Part shown: positions 62,701-64,000 of the stretch, in pieces
How positions within the stretch are numbered: position 1 is the stretch's first letter
Layout of the letters: the number at the start of each line of letters is the position of its first letter
Assembly: GCA_051294905.1 (NCBI GenBank)
Contig: CM119378.1
Coordinates: 19,716,001-19,780,000, forward strand
Direction of reading: 5' to 3'
From: Botryllus schlosseri
Lineage: Eukaryota
DNA: 64,000 nt
Notes under the pieces: generated by a model
Database searches by the model: none
Told to the model about the DNA's origin: nothing
Seen by the model: the letters and a program-made list of their open reading frames with translations, nothing else
Position numbers and translations under genes: made by a program

Positions 62701-64000
62701 TATAGTATTTTTAATGTGTTGTCTGCCTTTGCGCCTGACCATGAAACGATCAAATGATGTGCGCTTGATCCGGGCAACGACTTTTGTCCAGCCAAAGGTT
62801 AGCGGAAGCAGTCTTCGAATTAAGCGGCGAAGACGTTACGTATCACAGACGCCGGCAATACGCATGTACCTGATTTCGGCCATTATCGCTATACTCGGAA
62901 CTCAGAACTCAGTTTTGGCGAATTATTTTGTTACAATCGATACGTACCTTTTATTCCTACTTCCCATCATACATAATACTCTAAAGTCGGTTCAAACTCG
63001 AGGACGCCTTTGTTCTGTCCAATTTGGATCCATGTTGATGACAAACCGTGGGACGATTGCTATTAGTCTCACTATTAGTAAAAAGTAAGGCAGAATTAAT
63101 TCTGCATTAGAAGTATTTACCCACCTGCAGTGTATCGTAATCATCATTCATCCTGTGTTCCAGGGCAACAGTGATAAGAGACGAGAATGAATTCCAACCA
63201 AATATCAAAATCCCGCTAAGGTGTCAGATGGACGTTGGGGTGGCAGATATGTCCGATACAAACATTGCGACTTATCCAGAAGGCGAACCTGTACCCGAAG
63301 GCAGTGATATGACCGATGATCACGATTCTTCGGATAAGGGCGCATCCTCTTCTACGAGCAGCGAACATGAATATTATTACGATGCTATGTATTACAATCA
63401 GGAGACAGATCAAGTATCCCTACCCGGTTCTAGCAATACAGAACCTATCATAAAGACGAAAGAGGATGCTCCCATATCCACTAGAAAAGCTGAACCGGAT
63501 CAGAGATCAGACACGCAAGAAGGAACAGTTGACTATTATTATGATATGTATTCATATGGCGACACAACGATGTCCTCAAATCCTGAACCAGAATCCAGCA
63601 ACCCAGAACCAGAGAGTACCGATTTCGGAGAACACGGAATTGCCGATGATGACAAGGCGTCCTATCCGGAAAATAACCCAACCCCCGAAAATACGCGTCA
63701 GCCGTCAGGACAACCTGAACCACCGGCTGGAGCCGGGGCTGAACCAGAGAGCACCCCGTGGGAAGAAGACGGTTATGACGAAGCGGGGAAAGAGCCAAGT
63801 GACCCAGAAGGAGAACCAGCGGCTGAGCCAGAAAGCAATCCGGAACCTGAATCTCAGCCGCAGGCCAACATGCCCCCGATGTATGTTCTTTTCAGGAATA
63901 TCGGAGCGCCAGTAGTTGACAGAAGCATGCCGGAAACTCCGCCTCCCTCAGCGGAACCTGAAAATGTGCCAGAAACGCCCCCTATGTATGTGCTATTCAG
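56569..64000 (+). CDS. Secreted Reeler-domain protein with an acidic Pro/Glu-rich tail (4 exons; continues beyond the right edge)
   Basis: Signal-peptide-like MRSAVWFLAFVSVATA. GT-AG introns of phase 1, 0 and 2 join an open frame with Reeler hallmarks (AC..MP, Y.I, KGIFI, GEW, C.G...A.T, LTWRAP, RATV). Confidence 0.88.
57196..57248 (+). CDS. Reeler protein exon 2
   Basis: Acceptor tttttctgcag; VQVDSKDPSGMYKGIFIT; donor GTAAGT. Confidence 0.88.
57895..58391. mobile_element. hAT-like MITE in Reeler intron 2
   Basis: TIRs TAGGGCTGGGTA / TACTCAGCCCTA; tcgagt subterminal motifs; no clean TSD. Confidence 0.7.
59478..59659 (+). CDS. Reeler protein exon 3
   Basis: Acceptor tttctgcag; VLEDGKSRGEWIAGSDFKSKACHGSTNSALTEM...LTWRAPRCDPSKTYEM(R); donor GTGAGA. 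Confidence 0.9.
60323..62083 (+). mobile_element. Decayed Buster/Charlie-like hAT element with transposase remnant, in Reeler intron 3
   Basis: Ends CAGTGGTTCTCAAC / TTAAGAACCATTG; remnant FATT/YLRVNKFSAPIHIKSKKR near 61755-61820; the left end is shared with a fragment at about 1068-1200. Confidence 0.6.
60822..61674. mobile_element. Ac-type hAT MITE family C, reverse copy
   Basis: TIRs TAGGGATGGT / ACCATCCCTA; TSD ATGACTAC / ATGACTAG; reverse complement of 33203-34178. Confidence 0.9.
63164..64000 (+). CDS. Reeler protein exon 4 (open to window end; not in the ORF track)
   Basis: Acceptor cctgtgttccag; 278 stop-free codons: ATVIRDENEF...EHEYYYDAMYY...DYYYDMYSY...PEPES repeats...PPMYVLFR twice. 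Confidence 0.9.

Noticed and set aside
63881-63895. GTATGT...TTCAG 15-nt micro-introns inside the PPMYVLFR repeats
   Set aside because: Too short for normal animal spliceosomal introns, and the synonymous-only differences between repeats argue the sequence is coding.

Overview
AT-rich, intron-containing animal genomic DNA, probably an invertebrate deuterostome such as an ascidian (inferred from short introns, protein similarity and MITE types; not provable here). There are three host genes. (1) The 5' part of HECTD1 on the minus strand: 8 coding exons from 8984 down to 617, continuing off the left edge. (2) An intronless UNC93A-like MFS gene (minus, 42237-39540) whose otherwise intact 455-codon ORF is split by a 1.3 kb hAT derivative with a perfect 8-bp target-site duplication (TSD). 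(3) A secreted Reeler-domain protein (plus, starts 56569) whose last visible exon (63164-64000, absent from the ORF track) encodes an acidic Pro/Glu-rich tail with Tyr clusters and a 35-aa repeat. Most of the rest is DNA transposon material: hAT MITEs of Ac- and Buster-type, a 2.4 kb foldback built from two hATm transposase 3' ends, a five-level nest, decayed CMC/Chapaev-like, MULE-like and hAT transposases, and a tRNA-derived SINE. No rRNA, bona fide tRNA or CRISPR was seen. All protein and TE family names come from motif recall, not database searches.
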